DNA of 63,980 nt, counting the filler. It is 6 parts of 6 records of this genome, joined end to end, with 100 filler letters (N's around TTAATTAATTAA, not from the genome) between each part and the next. Parts side by side here need not be neighbours in the genome. Positions count along the whole stretch, not along the records: positions 19,561 to 41,386 come from SRR20825010_2395; positions 41,487 to 47,798 come from SRR20825010_2396; 4 more parts are not named here. The stretch is one strand, 5' to 3'. The notes beneath the pieces are model-generated. The model made no database searches, was not told the DNA's origin, and saw nothing but the letters and a program-made list of their open reading frames with translations. The position numbers were made by a program, and so were the translations under genes. Shown here piece after piece: positions 33,149 to 43,979 of this stretch; position 1 is the first letter of the stretch; every line of letters begins with the position of its first letter.

Positions 33149-33949
33149 TTACAAATTGTACACTATTGATAAACCGTATGAAGGTCCTTGAAAGCTGTTT
33201 CGACCTTGCAAGATATAAGAGAGATTTATAGCCGTTCCGAAGTTCTCTGTAAAAGATTTATACAATGTTCCACCAACTTTATGATACGTTACGCCAAGTT
33301 CCTTAAAATTTTGTGGTCTCGGTGTTCCACGATAGTCTATACCGCCTAAGGAATGCTGGTAATCATAAAACACATCGTAATACCAATTACCAGCAGCTTT
33401 ACCTGTTTTAAAAGTAATAGGAATACTATTGGGAGTTTCTTTAAATTTAAATGAAAAACCACTCTGCAACGTGATAAACCATCCTTCATTCCATTTATAG
33501 TGAGCCATTGCACGTGTTTCAACTACCGTAGCCAGTTGACCAATATCATTCAAACCTCCTACATTATAATTAGAAACAGGAGTTGAAAAACCTACACCAA
33601 AACTGAAATCTAAATTACCTTTTTCAGAAGTAGATTGAAAAAAACGATGTTTAAAAAAAATTGAAATATCTTGAAAACCACTTTGCTTATTACTGCTTAA
33701 ATAGGGCAAGGAGACATTTACATCCAGATTATCTGTTATTCCGTATGCCGAAAAAAAAGCGACATAATATAAATTTCTTCCTAGATCTAATTTTTCGTTG
33801 CCTGCAAAATAATTTTTAGGGTCTTCGAAACCTAGTCCTAAAACTATCGCCCCATTATTTTTTCCTTTATAGAACCCATCTATTTTGCCTTGTGAAAAGC
33901 CTTCAGGAAAAATAAATAACAAAAAAATGAGAGAGGAGAAAATTTTCAT
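33149..33949 (-). CDS. Exported protein, probable outer-membrane beta-barrel
   Basis: Signal peptide and amphipathic beta-strands; no recognisable catalytic motif. Confidence 0.65.
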   Translation of the reverse strand: MKIFSSLIFLLFIFPEGFSQGKIDGFYKGKNNGAIVLGLGFEDPKNYFAGNEKLDLGRNLYYVAFFSAYGITDNLDVNVSLPYLSSNKQSGFQDISIFFKHRFFQSTSEKGNLDFSFGVGFSTPVSNYNVGGLNDIGQLATVVETRAMAHYKWNEGWFITLQSGFSFKFKETPNSIPITFKTGKAAGNWYYDVFYDYQHSLGGIDYRGTPRPQNFKELGVTYHKVGGTLYKSFTENFGTAINLSYILQGRNSFQGPSYGLSIVYNL

Positions 33950-34019
33950 CGGTAGGTTTTAAAAGGATTACTTACAGTATATACGTAAATAATAAACTTC
34001 TAGTTGACCAAAAAAAAAA

Positions 34020-34934
34020 TTAATCACGAATAAGGGGCATCGTAGAACAACGAAGTAATCCTTCTTGTTTTGAAATTTCAGAATATGGCACTTCTTCTAC
34101 AGTAAATCCTTGTTCGCGTAGCCAAGTATTAAGCCGTATAAAGTTTTTTTCTGAAATCACCACTTCGGGTGAAATTGAAAAAACATTACTATTCATGGCA
34201 TACATTTCCTGTTTGGTGATGTGAAAACAATTTTCTTTTCCGAAGAAATCTACCAGCCAATTATACTCTTCTTCTATCAAAAAACCTTCTTTATGAATAA
34301 TTGCTTTTCCTTTGCCTAAAGGCTGAAAACAACAATCTAAATGTAGTGCGTTTTCATCTGCTATTGTATTGCTTTTTTTAAGGTTAAAAGATTTTACTAT
34401 TTTGTGAGGGAACAACTTTTGAAGGTGTTTAACAGCATTCATATTTGTGCGTGCCGTTATAAAGCTTGGATAGTCTTCACCATAATAAGTTCCAACAAAA
34501 ATATAGTCTCCCCACGGCATTACATCGCCCCCTTCAATATGGGCGTTCTCTGGAAATTCAATAATTTTAGAAGGATCAATTTTATTAATTACATTTTCAA
34601 TGGCATCAATCTCCTTGGAACGATCTTCTAGAATATTAGCGATTATCAATTTATCTTCAATTACAAAAGCGATATCGCGGGAGAAAATTTGATTGTAGTC
34701 CTTTATACATACTGGCCTATATACTTCTACGCCATATTTTTTAAAAACTGCTGCTACGGCTTCCATTTCTAGAACCATATCCTCATCTTTCGGATAGGTT
34801 CCTGCTTTAATATGTTCTGCAGATTTAGGGTCGTATGCGTCTTCTAACTTGGGAACAGGCCCATTACTATCTGCACGTCCTAAAACTACGGCGCGCAATT
34901 TTGAGATCTCGTCGTTGATGTTAAGTTTAATCAT
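34020..34934 (-). CDS. Amidinotransferase/arginine deiminase/DDAH superfamily protein
   Basis: 'FSRD', 'IEGGD', 'LHLDC', 'GLLRCST'. Confidence 0.88.
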   Translation of the reverse strand: MIKLNINDEISKLRAVVLGRADSNGPVPKLEDAYDPKSAEHIKAGTYPKDEDMVLEMEAVAAVFKKYGVEVYRPVCIKDYNQIFSRDIAFVIEDKLIIANILEDRSKEIDAIENVINKIDPSKIIEFPENAHIEGGDVMPWGDYIFVGTYYGEDYPSFITARTNMNAVKHLQKLFPHKIVKSFNLKKSNTIADENALHLDCCFQPLGKGKAIIHKEGFLIEEEYNWLVDFFGKENCFHITKQEMYAMNSNVFSISPEVVISEKNFIRLNTWLREQGFTVEEVPYSEISKQEGLLRCSTMPLIRD

Positions 34935-34945
34935 ATAACAAATAT

Positions 34946-34975
34946 AAAAAAAAGCACTTCTGTAGGAAGTGCTTT
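34946..34975 (-). terminator. Terminator after gltA
   Basis: AAAGCACTTC-tgtag-GAAGTGCTTT with a U tract on the minus strand. Confidence 0.75.
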
Positions 34976-35000
34976 CAAAATTTATAATTTTTTTTTGATT

Positions 35001-36287
35001 CTATCTTTTATCTACAGGTTTAAAATCTCGAAGGGTTTCACCTGTGTATATTTGACGTGGTCTTCCTATAGGCTCTTTGTGTAAACGCATTTCTCTCCAT
35101 TGTGCAATCCATCCTGGCAAACGACCTAATGCAAACATTGGAGTAAACATTTCTACTGGAATACCTAAAGCACGGTAAATAATCCCTGAATAGAAATCTA
35201 CGTTTGGATATAGTTTTCTATCAACAAAGTATGGATCTTCCAATGCTTCTTTTTCTAAAGCTTTCGCTATATCAAGAATATCATCTTCAATTCCAAGGTT
35301 ATCTAAAACGTTGTCTGCAGCTCTTTTAATTATTTTTGCACGAGGGTCAAAGTTTTTATAAACTCTATGCCCAAAGCCCATTAATCTAAACGGATCATTT
35401 TTATCTTTTGCTTTGGCCATAAACTTTTTGGTATCCCCACCATCTGCCTTAATTGCTTCAAGCATTTCTATAACAGCTTGGTTTGCACCTCCATGGAGTG
35501 GCCCCCAAAGTGCTGCAATTCCTGCTGAAATTGAAACAAAAAGACCAGCATGTGATGAACCTACAATACGTACAGTTGAAGTAGAACAGTTTTGTTCATG
35601 ATCTGCATGAAGAATTAGCAATTTATCCAATGCTTCTAAAACAATATCATTGGTTGTATACTCGCCACTTGGCTTTTTGAACATCATTTTAAGAAAGTTG
35701 TCCACATATCCCAATGAATCTCCTCCGTAATCTAATGGAAGCCCCATTCGTTTTCTATACGTCCATGCAGTTAATACTGGAAATTTCCCAAGAATTTTTA
35801 CGATGGCTTTATACATATCTTCCTCACTATCTACATTTACAGAGGAAGGGTTAAAAGCAACCAAAGCGGAAGTTAATGAAGACAATACACCCATTGGGTG
35901 AGCTGCTTTTGGAAAGCCGTCTAATATACGCTTAACGTCCTCATCTACATGAGATTGTGCTTTTATATCTGTATGAAATTTATTAAGCTGTGCTTCTGTT
36001 GGAAGTTCCCCGAAAATAAGTAGGTAACAAACTTCTAAGAAATGTGCTTTTTCAGCAAGCTCCTCAATTGAGTATCCACGATATCTTAAAACACCTTTTT
36101 CTCCATCCAAAAACGTTATTGCACTCTCGCAAGCACCCGTGTTTTTGTATCCAGGATCTAAGGTCACAACACCGTTAGTGTCTGACCGTAGGCTCTTTAT
36201 ATCTATTCCTAATTCATTCTCCGTTCCTTCTACAATTGGAAACTCGTATTTTTTACCTTCTATCTCGAGGGTCGCCATTTTTGCCAT
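35001..36287 (-). CDS. gltA: Citrate synthase
   Basis: 'LHADHEQNCST', 'GPLHGGAN', 'GFGHRVYK', 'PNVDFYSG'. Confidence 0.97.
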   Translation of the reverse strand: MAKMATLEIEGKKYEFPIVEGTENELGIDIKSLRSDTNGVVTLDPGYKNTGACESAITFLDGEKGVLRYRGYSIEELAEKAHFLEVCYLLIFGELPTEAQLNKFHTDIKAQSHVDEDVKRILDGFPKAAHPMGVLSSLTSALVAFNPSSVNVDSEEDMYKAIVKILGKFPVLTAWTYRKRMGLPLDYGGDSLGYVDNFLKMMFKKPSGEYTTNDIVLEALDKLLILHADHEQNCSTSTVRIVGSSHAGLFVSISAGIAALWGPLHGGANQAVIEMLEAIKADGGDTKKFMAKAKDKNDPFRLMGFGHRVYKNFDPRAKIIKRAADNVLDNLGIEDDILDIAKALEKEALEDPYFVDRKLYPNVDFYSGIIYRALGIPVEMFTPMFALGRLPGWIAQWREMRLHKEPIGRPRQIYTGETLRDFKPVDKR

Positions 36288-36539
36288 AAAAATATTGTGT
36301 ATTTTTTTAATTTATTCAGAAATGCTAAATTACAAAATTCCAAGCGATTTTTTTAACATTCCTACGCTTTGTTAGGTTAAATAATACTTAAAAAATTGTT
36401 TTCAAATCAATCTTCGATTAAATGCTTTTTTAAATCAATAAACTGCATTTTTTAACGCAATTAAATGTACATCAACGATTTAAAGTCGATTAATTCATAA
36501 AAAATAAGAAGTCAATCACATAAATCACTATCTTGTATA

Positions 36540-39050
36540 TTGATTTTCAATCATTCACTTATAGCAAAAGGTATGATTTTTAAATTTTTAACCTCACGAA
36601 ACTTATTCAGTTTTAAAAAAAACATCAAAAAAGTTTTTCTGGTGCTTTTTTTAACTTCTGCAGTAAGTAGTGCTCAAAATAAGGAAATAGATAGTTTAAA
36701 TGTACTATTAACCAATGCCAAAACTCGCATTGATTCTATTAAAACATACAGCATTCTTGCCAGTAAGCTTACAGTTGTAAATCCAAATGAATCCATACTT
36801 CTTTCACAAAAACTTCTAAAGCTCTCTAAACAGGAAAAAAATATTTTAGGATTTATTGATGCATATATAAGCATGGGTGAAGCAAATATTCATCTAGCAA
36901 ATTATACAAATTCAATAAAACAATTTGATTCTGCGCTTGCACTTGCAGAAAAAAACAACTTAACGTCTCAAATAGCAAATATCTATAAAAACAAGGGCCG
37001 TGCTTATACCTATATGAGCAATTATAAAACTGCCATAATGCATTATAATAAATCACTTGCATTGTATAGAAAAATTGGCGACAATAATTCAATTGCAGAC
37101 AATCTAGTATCACTTAGCGCTGTAGCTACAGAAACAAAAGATTTTGACAATTCAGAATCTTTTTTAAATGAAGCTCTAAAATTATATAAGACCGAGAACA
37201 ATATAGATGGCATTATTAAATCAAAGAAGAATATGGCAATCGTTATTGCCTTTCAAGGTAATAATAAAAAAGCATTAGAGCTATTGATGGAAGTCGCTAA
37301 AATAGAGGAAGAGTTTTCTGATAATGAAATTCAAAAAATAGCGACACTACTTAACATTGCAGCTATATATTACAATCTAGAAAATTATATAGCATCCAAA
37401 AAATACTATTTACAGACCCTAGTTAAATTGCAAAAAATAGATAATAAGATGTTGAGGGCAAAATGTACTTATCATTTAGCATTAATTGAACATCAAAACT
37501 TGAATAGCACACAAGCTCTTGAATATGCTTTGGAGTCATATAAATTATCTAAAGAAACTAGCAACCTTAAAACCCTTGCACAATCTTCTAAACTTTTAGC
37601 CATAATATATATAGAAAAAAACAACAAAAAAGAAGCAATAAAATATGTCGAATTAACAAGTGACTATAACGACAGCCTTAGAACTCAAAATGTTCAAGGA
37701 GCACTTTTTGATGAAAGAATAAAGTTTGAAACGAAAGAACTAGCCTTAAAAAAAGAGCACGAATTAAAGCAATTAGCTTTAAAAAAGGACAAAGAATTCC
37801 AAGAAATAAATAATCGTCGTAATATTTATATTTTTTTAGGTTCTATTTTATTTTTCACTTTATTATATGGAATCATGTACCTAAACAAGGTAAAGTTGAA
37901 AAACATAAACAAGAAACTAACTATTTCCAATGAAACAAAATCAAACTTCTTAACTAAAATGAGTCATGAAATTAAAACTCCTCTAAATGCAATTATTGGT
38001 TATACTGATTTACTTTTTAAAACTACACAACTAACAATAGAGCAATCTAAATTTATAAGTATTATTGAAAATTCAAGTAAGTCATTATTAACTATGACTG
38101 AAGATATTTTTGACTTTAACAAGTATAACAAGGATAAACTCCAACTCCATTATACACCTACTCATATTAAGAGAACTGCAGAAGAAGTTTTTGATTTAAT
38201 GAAAATAAAAGCAGACAATAAAAAAATAAAAACACTATTTAGTTTTGATGAAAATATACCCGAAACCTTAATAATTGACGAACTAAAATTACGCCGCGTT
38301 TTATATAATCTTCTAAATAATGCCATAAAATTTACATCAGAAGGTACAATAACACTCAGCATTAATGCAGCAAGCAAATCTGAAAACTTTACCGAATTGC
38401 TAATAGCCGTAAAAGATACAGGAAAAGGGATAGACGCTAAAAACAGGTATAAAATATTTCATGAATTTTTTCAAGAGGAATCAGATTATACCCGTGAACA
38501 TGGTGGCATTGGATTAGGGTTATCTATTGCAAAAAAAATAATAAATAAAATGGGTGGAAAACTAGAGTTTACTAGTGAATTAGGTAAAGGAAGCACCTTT
38601 TTTTTTAAACTTAAGTTGAAAAATGGAATAACCCAAAAAACTACCAACACAACTATTGAAGATATTCCAAAAAAAGATAATTTCTTTAAGTTCTTAATAG
38701 TTGAAGACAACAAAATCAATCTTTTACTAACAAAAAAAATACTCATCACTCTTCATAAGGACGCTGTAATTTTAGAAGCTTATAATGGCAAAGAAGGTGT
38801 TGAACTGTACAAAAAAGAAAAACCAGATTTAATTTTAATGGATATTCAAATGCCAGTTATGAATGGTTTTGAGGCTTCCCTTATAATTCGAAAATCGGAT
38901 CCTAATGTTTCAATATTAGCGTTGAGCGCAGGAAGCGCAGAAGAAAACGAAGAAAAAAGTATCGCAGCTGGAATTAATGAATATATAGAAAAACCAATTA
39001 CAATTACAAAATTAAAAGAGGTGTTAAACAAACACCTCTTTGTATCTTAA
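36540..39050 (+). CDS. TPR-sensor hybrid histidine kinase/response regulator
   Basis: TPR-like helices, one TM helix, 'MSHEIKTPLN', 'NLLNNAIKFT', 'DTGKGI', 'GIGLGL', receiver 'LMDIQMPVMNG'; start codon uncertain. Confidence 0.9.
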   Translation: MIFNHSLIAKGMIFKFLTSRNLFSFKKNIKKVFLVLFLTSAVSSAQNKEIDSLNVLLTNAKTRIDSIKTYSILASKLTVVNPNESILLSQKLLKLSKQEKNILGFIDAYISMGEANIHLANYTNSIKQFDSALALAEKNNLTSQIANIYKNKGRAYTYMSNYKTAIMHYNKSLALYRKIGDNNSIADNLVSLSAVATETKDFDNSESFLNEALKLYKTENNIDGIIKSKKNMAIVIAFQGNNKKALELLMEVAKIEEEFSDNEIQKIATLLNIAAIYYNLENYIASKKYYLQTLVKLQKIDNKMLRAKCTYHLALIEHQNLNSTQALEYALESYKLSKETSNLKTLAQSSKLLAIIYIEKNNKKEAIKYVELTSDYNDSLRTQNVQGALFDERIKFETKELALKKEHELKQLALKKDKEFQEINNRRNIYIFLGSILFFTLLYGIMYLNKVKLKNINKKLTISNETKSNFLTKMSHEIKTPLNAIIGYTDLLFKTTQLTIEQSKFISIIENSSKSLLTMTEDIFDFNKYNKDKLQLHYTPTHIKRTAEEVFDLMKIKADNKKIKTLFSFDENIPETLIIDELKLRRVLYNLLNNAIKFTSEGTITLSINAASKSENFTELLIAVKDTGKGIDAKNRYKIFHEFFQEESDYTREHGGIGLGLSIAKKIINKMGGKLEFTSELGKGSTFFFKLKLKNGITQKTTNTTIEDIPKKDNFFKFLIVEDNKINLLLTKKILITLHKDAVILEAYNGKEGVELYKKEKPDLILMDIQMPVMNGFEASLIIRKSDPNVSILALSAGSAEENEEKSIAAGINEYIEKPITITKLKEVLNKHLFVS

Positions 39051-39074
39051 TAAAATATATAAAAGGTTTGAAGT

Positions 39075-40358
39075 TTATTTAAAAGCCTTTTCACCTGGAA
39101 AATAGGCAACATCACCTAACTGCTCTTCAATTCTAATCAATTGATTGTATTTAGACATTCTATCACTTCTAGAAGCAGAACCAGTTTTTATCTGACCACA
39201 ATTTAGAGCGACAGCCAAATCTGCAATTGTATAATCTTCTGTTTCACCACTTCTGTGAGACATTACTGAAGTATAGCCTGCATTATGCGCCATATTTACA
39301 GCTGCAATTGTTTCAGTTAAAGTACCTATTTGGTTTACTTTTATAAGAATTGAATTCGCAATATTTTCGTCAATTCCACGAGAAAGTCTTTCAACATTTG
39401 TTACAAAAAGGTCATCGCCAACCAACTGAACTTTGTCGCCAATCTTTTCTGTTAAATATTTCCAACCTTCCCAATCATTTTCATCCATTCCATCTTCGAT
39501 TGAAATAATTGGATATTTTTCACATAATTCAGCCAAATAATCCGCCTGTTCTTTTGAAGTACGTACTTTTCCTTTATCGCCTTCAAATTTTGTGTAATCG
39601 TACTTTTCATTTACGTAGAATTCCGCAGCTGCACAATCTAAAGCAATCATTACATCGTCACCCAATTTGTAGCCAGCTTTTTCAGTTGCTTTTGCAATGG
39701 TATCTAAAGCGTCTTCTGTTCCATTTAAAGTTGGTGCAAAGCCTCCTTCGTCACCAACTGCAGTACTTAATCCACGGTCGTGCAATACTTTTTTAAGGTT
39801 ATGAAAAATTTCAGAACCCATTTGCATAGCATGCGTAAAGTTTTTTGCTTTTACAGGCATCACCATAAATTCTTGAAAAGCAATAGGAGCATCACTGTGT
39901 GAACCTCCATTAATAATATTCATCATTGGCACCGGAAGTGTTTTAGCACTTACGCCACCTACATATCTATACAACGGCATCCCCAATTCGTTGGCAGCAG
40001 CTTTTGCACATGCTAAAGAAACTCCTAACATTGCATTTGCACCAAGTTTCGATTTGTTTTTACTACCATCAAGATCAATCATTGTTTTATCGATCAATTC
40101 CTGCTCAAAAACAGAAATACCCAGAAGTGTACCTGCTATTCTTCCAGTTACATTCTCAACTGCTTGTAAAACACCTTTGCCCATATAATCCTTTCCACCA
40201 TCACGAAGTTCAACAGCTTCATGTTCTCCTGTTGAAGCTCCTGAAGGAACAGCAGCACGACCCATAAAACCATTTTCTGTAATTACATCAACTTCTACAG
40301 TTGGGTTACCTCTTGAATCAAATATTTGGCGTGCGATGATGTCAATAATGATACTCAT
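39075..40358 (-). CDS. eno: Enolase
   Basis: 'DSRGNPTVE', 'SHRSGETED'. Confidence 0.98.
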   Translation of the reverse strand: MSIIIDIIARQIFDSRGNPTVEVDVITENGFMGRAAVPSGASTGEHEAVELRDGGKDYMGKGVLQAVENVTGRIAGTLLGISVFEQELIDKTMIDLDGSKNKSKLGANAMLGVSLACAKAAANELGMPLYRYVGGVSAKTLPVPMMNIINGGSHSDAPIAFQEFMVMPVKAKNFTHAMQMGSEIFHNLKKVLHDRGLSTAVGDEGGFAPTLNGTEDALDTIAKATEKAGYKLGDDVMIALDCAAAEFYVNEKYDYTKFEGDKGKVRTSKEQADYLAELCEKYPIISIEDGMDENDWEGWKYLTEKIGDKVQLVGDDLFVTNVERLSRGIDENIANSILIKVNQIGTLTETIAAVNMAHNAGYTSVMSHRSGETEDYTIADLAVALNCGQIKTGSASRSDRMSKYNQLIRIEEQLGDVAYFPGEKAFK

Positions 40359-40392
40359 AGTGCTAATTTATAGGGTTATTTCTTATTTTAAT

Positions 40393-41386
40393 TTAAACCG
40401 TTTGTAATTTATAATTTTCAATAGTTTCGATGAATTGATCAAAAAGATACGTTGCATCGTGTGGTCCTGGACTTGCTTCAGGATGATACTGTACAGAAAA
40501 AGCTGGTTTGTTTTTAAGCCTTATTCCACTTGCAGTATAATCATTTAAATGCTCGTGAGTAATTTCGATATTTGGGTTCGCTTCTGCTTCTTCTCTATTA
40601 ATTGCAAAACCGTGATTTTGTGACGTAATTTCACCCTTACCGGTAACTAAATTCATAATTGGGTGGTTTATTCCGCGGTGACCGTTGTGCATTTTATAAG
40701 TTGATATTCCATTTGCTAATGCCAATACTTGATGCCCTAAACATATTCCGAACATTGGTAATTCCTTTTCCAAAATATTTTTTACAACTTCAATTGCGCT
40801 ATGAAGTGGTTCTGGATCTCCAGGACCGTTAGAGATAAAATACCCATCTGGATTAAAGGATTCCATTTCAGAAAAAGAAGCATTGTATGGAAATACTTTT
40901 ATATAGCAATCGCGTTCAGCAAGCCTACGCAGAATGTTTTTCTTTATTCCTAAATCCAATGCGGAAATTTTGTATTTAGCGTTTTCTTTTCCGAAGAAAT
41001 AAGGCTCTTTAGTTGAAACTTTTGAAGCGAGTTCCAATCCATTCATATTTGGAACTTCTGCTAGCTGTTTTTTAAGACCTTCTATATTATCAACTTCTGT
41101 TGAAATAACTGCGTTCATAGCACCGTTATCACGGATATAACTAACCAAAGCTCGGGTATCTACATCACTAATGGCAAGTAAATTATTTTTATTTAGAAAT
41201 TCCTCCAATGAATCATCTGCGGCATCACGTGAATAATGATAGCTAAAATTACGGACTACCAAACCTGCAATTTTAATCCCTTCGGATTCTACTTCATCTC
41301 TATTAGTACCATAATTACCGATATGTGCGTTTGTAGCAACCATAATCTGGCCAAAATAAGATGGATCTGTAAAAATTTCTTGATAG
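40393..41386 (-). CDS. carA: Carbamoyl-phosphate synthase small subunit, 5'-truncated
   Basis: Frame open to the contig end (YQEIFTDPSYFGQIM); 'SNGPGDP', 'GICLGHQ'. Confidence 0.96.
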
Positions 41387-41486
41387 NNNNNNNNNNNNNN
41401 NNNNNNNNNNNNNNNNNNNNNNNNNNNNNNTTAATTAATTAANNNNNNNNNNNNNNNNNNNNNNNNNNNNNNNNNNNNNNNNNNNN
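41387..41486. other. Artificial contig linker
   Basis: N run with TTAATTAATTAA. Confidence 0.99.
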
Positions 41487-41735
41487 AGCCAATTGCGCTT
41501 TCAATTGCTTCCACTGTCGCCAGGTGTGGCCAATACCCAACTTGCGCCATTTGCGCAAATCAACAGACACCACTTCATTCACGTGGCGGTTGCCACGCAC
41601 CAGGTCTGCAAACGGCTCTTCCACCATCCAGTCAATCTGGACGTTTGGATTGTGGGCATGAATGTCATTCAAAACCGGCAAGGCATGAATGACATCGCCC
41701 ATCGATGTAGTCTTAACAATTAAGATACGCTTCAT
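41487..41735 (-). CDS. waaC: Lipopolysaccharide heptosyltransferase I, 3'-truncated
   Basis: 'ILIVKTTSMGDVIHALP...IDWMVEEPF'. Confidence 0.9.
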
Positions 41736-41820
41736 GTAGCGCTTGAGTTGGTCGCAATCGCATCATTGTAAGCAGAAGCGAGCAATCATTCTGAACCGGG
41801 TCAGCCAAGGAACAATAAAT

Positions 41821-42627
41821 TTGAATAACCCTGCCAACAACCCCATTGCTTTGTCTGCAGTCTTGATTACCTTGAACGCAGAAAAACAGCTTGTGCCTGC
41901 GCTTGAAAGCCTGAGGTTTTGCGATGAAATTGTGGTGGTCGACACCAACAGCAGCGACAACACCGTGGCCGTGGCTGAACAAAATGGCGCGCGCGTGGTG
42001 CAACAAAACTGGCTGGGCTTCGGCCCGCAAAAACAGTTTGCCGTTGCACAAGCCCAAAACAACTGGGTATTGTGCCTGGATGCTGACGAACGGATAACAC
42101 CCGAGCTTGAGAAAAACATACGCGCGGTGATGACCCAAGCCAGGCAAGGCCTGTTACCCAAAGACGTGGTGGGTTTTGACATGCCACGCTGTAACTTCTT
42201 TTTAGGGCGCTACCTTCGCCACGGCGAAGGCTACCCGGATTATTCTCGCCGCCTGTTCAATCGGCAACACGCCAACTGGAGCGACGACGCCGTTCACGAG
42301 AAAGTACAAAGCAAAAAAACAGGCGCGCGTTTTGAGAAACTGCAGGGCGATTTGCTGCATGAATCGGCAGAAAACCTGGAAAGTTATTTGCAGAAACAGA
42401 ACCGCTACACCAGCATACAGGCGCAGGCTTTGGCTGCCCGCGGCAAATGGCCTGGGTCTGGAAAGCTGGTGTTGTCGCCGGTGGTTCGGTTCATCAAGTT
42501 TTATGTGGTGCGCAAAGGTTTTCTGGACGGATGGCCGGGCTTGGTACACATTGCGATCGGGTGCTTCAACAGCTTCATGAAATACGCGAAAACACGGGAG
42601 TTGATGCAGCAAAATCGCGAGCGATGA
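41821..42627 (+). CDS. GT2 glycosyltransferase (WaaE/KdtX-like)
   Basis: 'SAVLITLNAE', 'WLGFGPQKQ', 'LDADE', 'VHE'; TTG start after AAGGA. Confidence 0.88.
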   Translation: MNNPANNPIALSAVLITLNAEKQLVPALESLRFCDEIVVVDTNSSDNTVAVAEQNGARVVQQNWLGFGPQKQFAVAQAQNNWVLCLDADERITPELEKNIRAVMTQARQGLLPKDVVGFDMPRCNFFLGRYLRHGEGYPDYSRRLFNRQHANWSDDAVHEKVQSKKTGARFEKLQGDLLHESAENLESYLQKQNRYTSIQAQALAARGKWPGSGKLVLSPVVRFIKFYVVRKGFLDGWPGLVHIAIGCFNSFMKYAKTRELMQQNRER

Positions 42628-42672
42628 ATTGCGTGCGGCGTGCGTAAATATCATCCAAGCCCATGAACCTTG

Positions 42673-43131
42673 CAAGCCCCGTTTGCTTGAAGGCCCAAAT
42701 AAAAAGGGTCACCCCTTGCTTTGGGAACCGGAGGAGCATCCCAAAGCGGCGGGTTGAAGAAGATGTGGGCCTTCTTGAATCGCAAACTGTGGCCTGCGAA
42801 GATTCAGGTGCTTTGACTGAGATGCCGTGCCAGCAAAGCGTTGTGCCGCTGGTTCAACAATGGGTCACTGCTGCTTCAACGCTGATAAATCACCGATGCA
42901 GCACAAGCTGGCATATCGCTGGCGCTCGAAGAATTCCTACCCAGCTGAGCTTGCACAACAGTCACGTCTCGCCCGCCGTTCCCCCATCTGGAATGGATTA
43001 GGCGCGAAGCGGCTCCGCAAGGCGCCATTGCGCTTGCGGCATCCATTTCAGTTGGGAAAAGAAACGGCCACAGCCGCGCACATCACTTTGGGCGAGGCGG
43101 TTGGGCAAGCTTGGCTGGGTGGGAGTTCTTC
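42673..43131 (+). ncRNA. Candidate large structured non-coding RNA of unknown family
   Basis: About ten nested helices found by eye, including 42928-42959/43100-43131 (32 bp, 4 G-U pairs, 1 mismatch); G-U pairs favour the + strand. Confidence 0.6.
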
Positions 43132-43193
43132 ACGATCTGCCTGAATAAACAGACAAGTGAGTTTACTAAAGCGCCAACATCTAGAGGTAACAA

Positions 43194-43228
43194 TGTGCTG
43201 CTGCCGAAGCCCCTGCCCCGGCAGCACA
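43194..43228. terminator. Hairpin just downstream of gltL, possible terminator
   Basis: TGTGCTGC...GCAGCACA inverted repeat; no clear U tract. Confidence 0.4.
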
Positions 43229-43238
43229 GAACCCTGGA

Positions 43239-43967
43239 TCAGTGACCCAGAATTTTCGAGAGGAACAACTGCGCACGCTCAGAACGTGGCGTACCAAAAA
43301 AATCATCTTTGGTACAGTCTTCAACAATATTGCCCTGATCCATGAAAATAACCCGATCGGCAACTTTGCGTGCAAAACCCATTTCGTGGGTAACGCACAT
43401 CATGGTCATGCCTTCCTGGGCCAGTTCAACCATCACATCGAGCACCTCATTGACCATTTCAGGATCAAGTGCAGAAGTGGGTTCATCAAACAGCATGCAG
43501 ATGGGGTCCATCGACAAGGCACGTGCAATGGCCACGCGCTGCTGCTGCCCACCCGACAATTGGCCCGGAAACTTAGCTGCTTGCGCTTTCAAGCCCACGC
43601 GATCCAGAAGACCCAAGCCCTTGGCCATGGCCTCTTCCTTGGAGCGTCCCAACACTTTGATTTGTGCAAGGGTCAGGTTCTCGGTAATGGTAAGGTGCGG
43701 GAACAACTCAAAGTTCTGAAACACCATGCCCACGCGTGAACGCAGCTTGGGCAGATCCGTGCCCTTGGCACCTACGGAAAGACCATCAACCGTGATGACA
43801 CCTTCCTGAAAAGGCTCCAACATGTTCACGGTTTTAATCAAGGTGGACTTGCCTGAACCAGAGGGACCACACACCACCACAACTTCGCCTTTCTTGACCG
43901 ATGTTGTGCAATTGGTGAGCACCTGAAAACTTCCGTACCACTTACTTACTTTATTGATTTCAATCAC
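43239..43967 (-). CDS. gltL: Glutamate/aspartate ABC transporter ATP-binding protein
   Basis: '[19 protein letters not shown]', LSGGQQQR, '[12 protein letters not shown]'. Confidence 0.93.
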   Translation of the reverse strand: MIEINKVSKWYGSFQVLTNCTTSVKKGEVVVVCGPSGSGKSTLIKTVNMLEPFQEGVITVDGLSVGAKGTDLPKLRSRVGMVFQNFELFPHLTITENLTLAQIKVLGRSKEEAMAKGLGLLDRVGLKAQAAKFPGQLSGGQQQRVAIARALSMDPICMLFDEPTSALDPEMVNEVLDVMVELAQEGMTMMCVTHEMGFARKVADRVIFMDQGNIVEDCTKDDFFGTPRSERAQLFLSKILGH

Positions 43968-43979
43968 AGTGCTCTCCTG

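Noticed and set aside
42633-42644. GTGCG motifs resembling a group II intron 5' end
   Set aside because: No domain V/VI signature and no reverse transcriptase ORF downstream
42663-43144. ORFs of 112 aa and 105 aa over the structured intergenic element
   Set aside because: Overlapping, no recognisable motif or good RBS; the pairing pattern explains the sequence better
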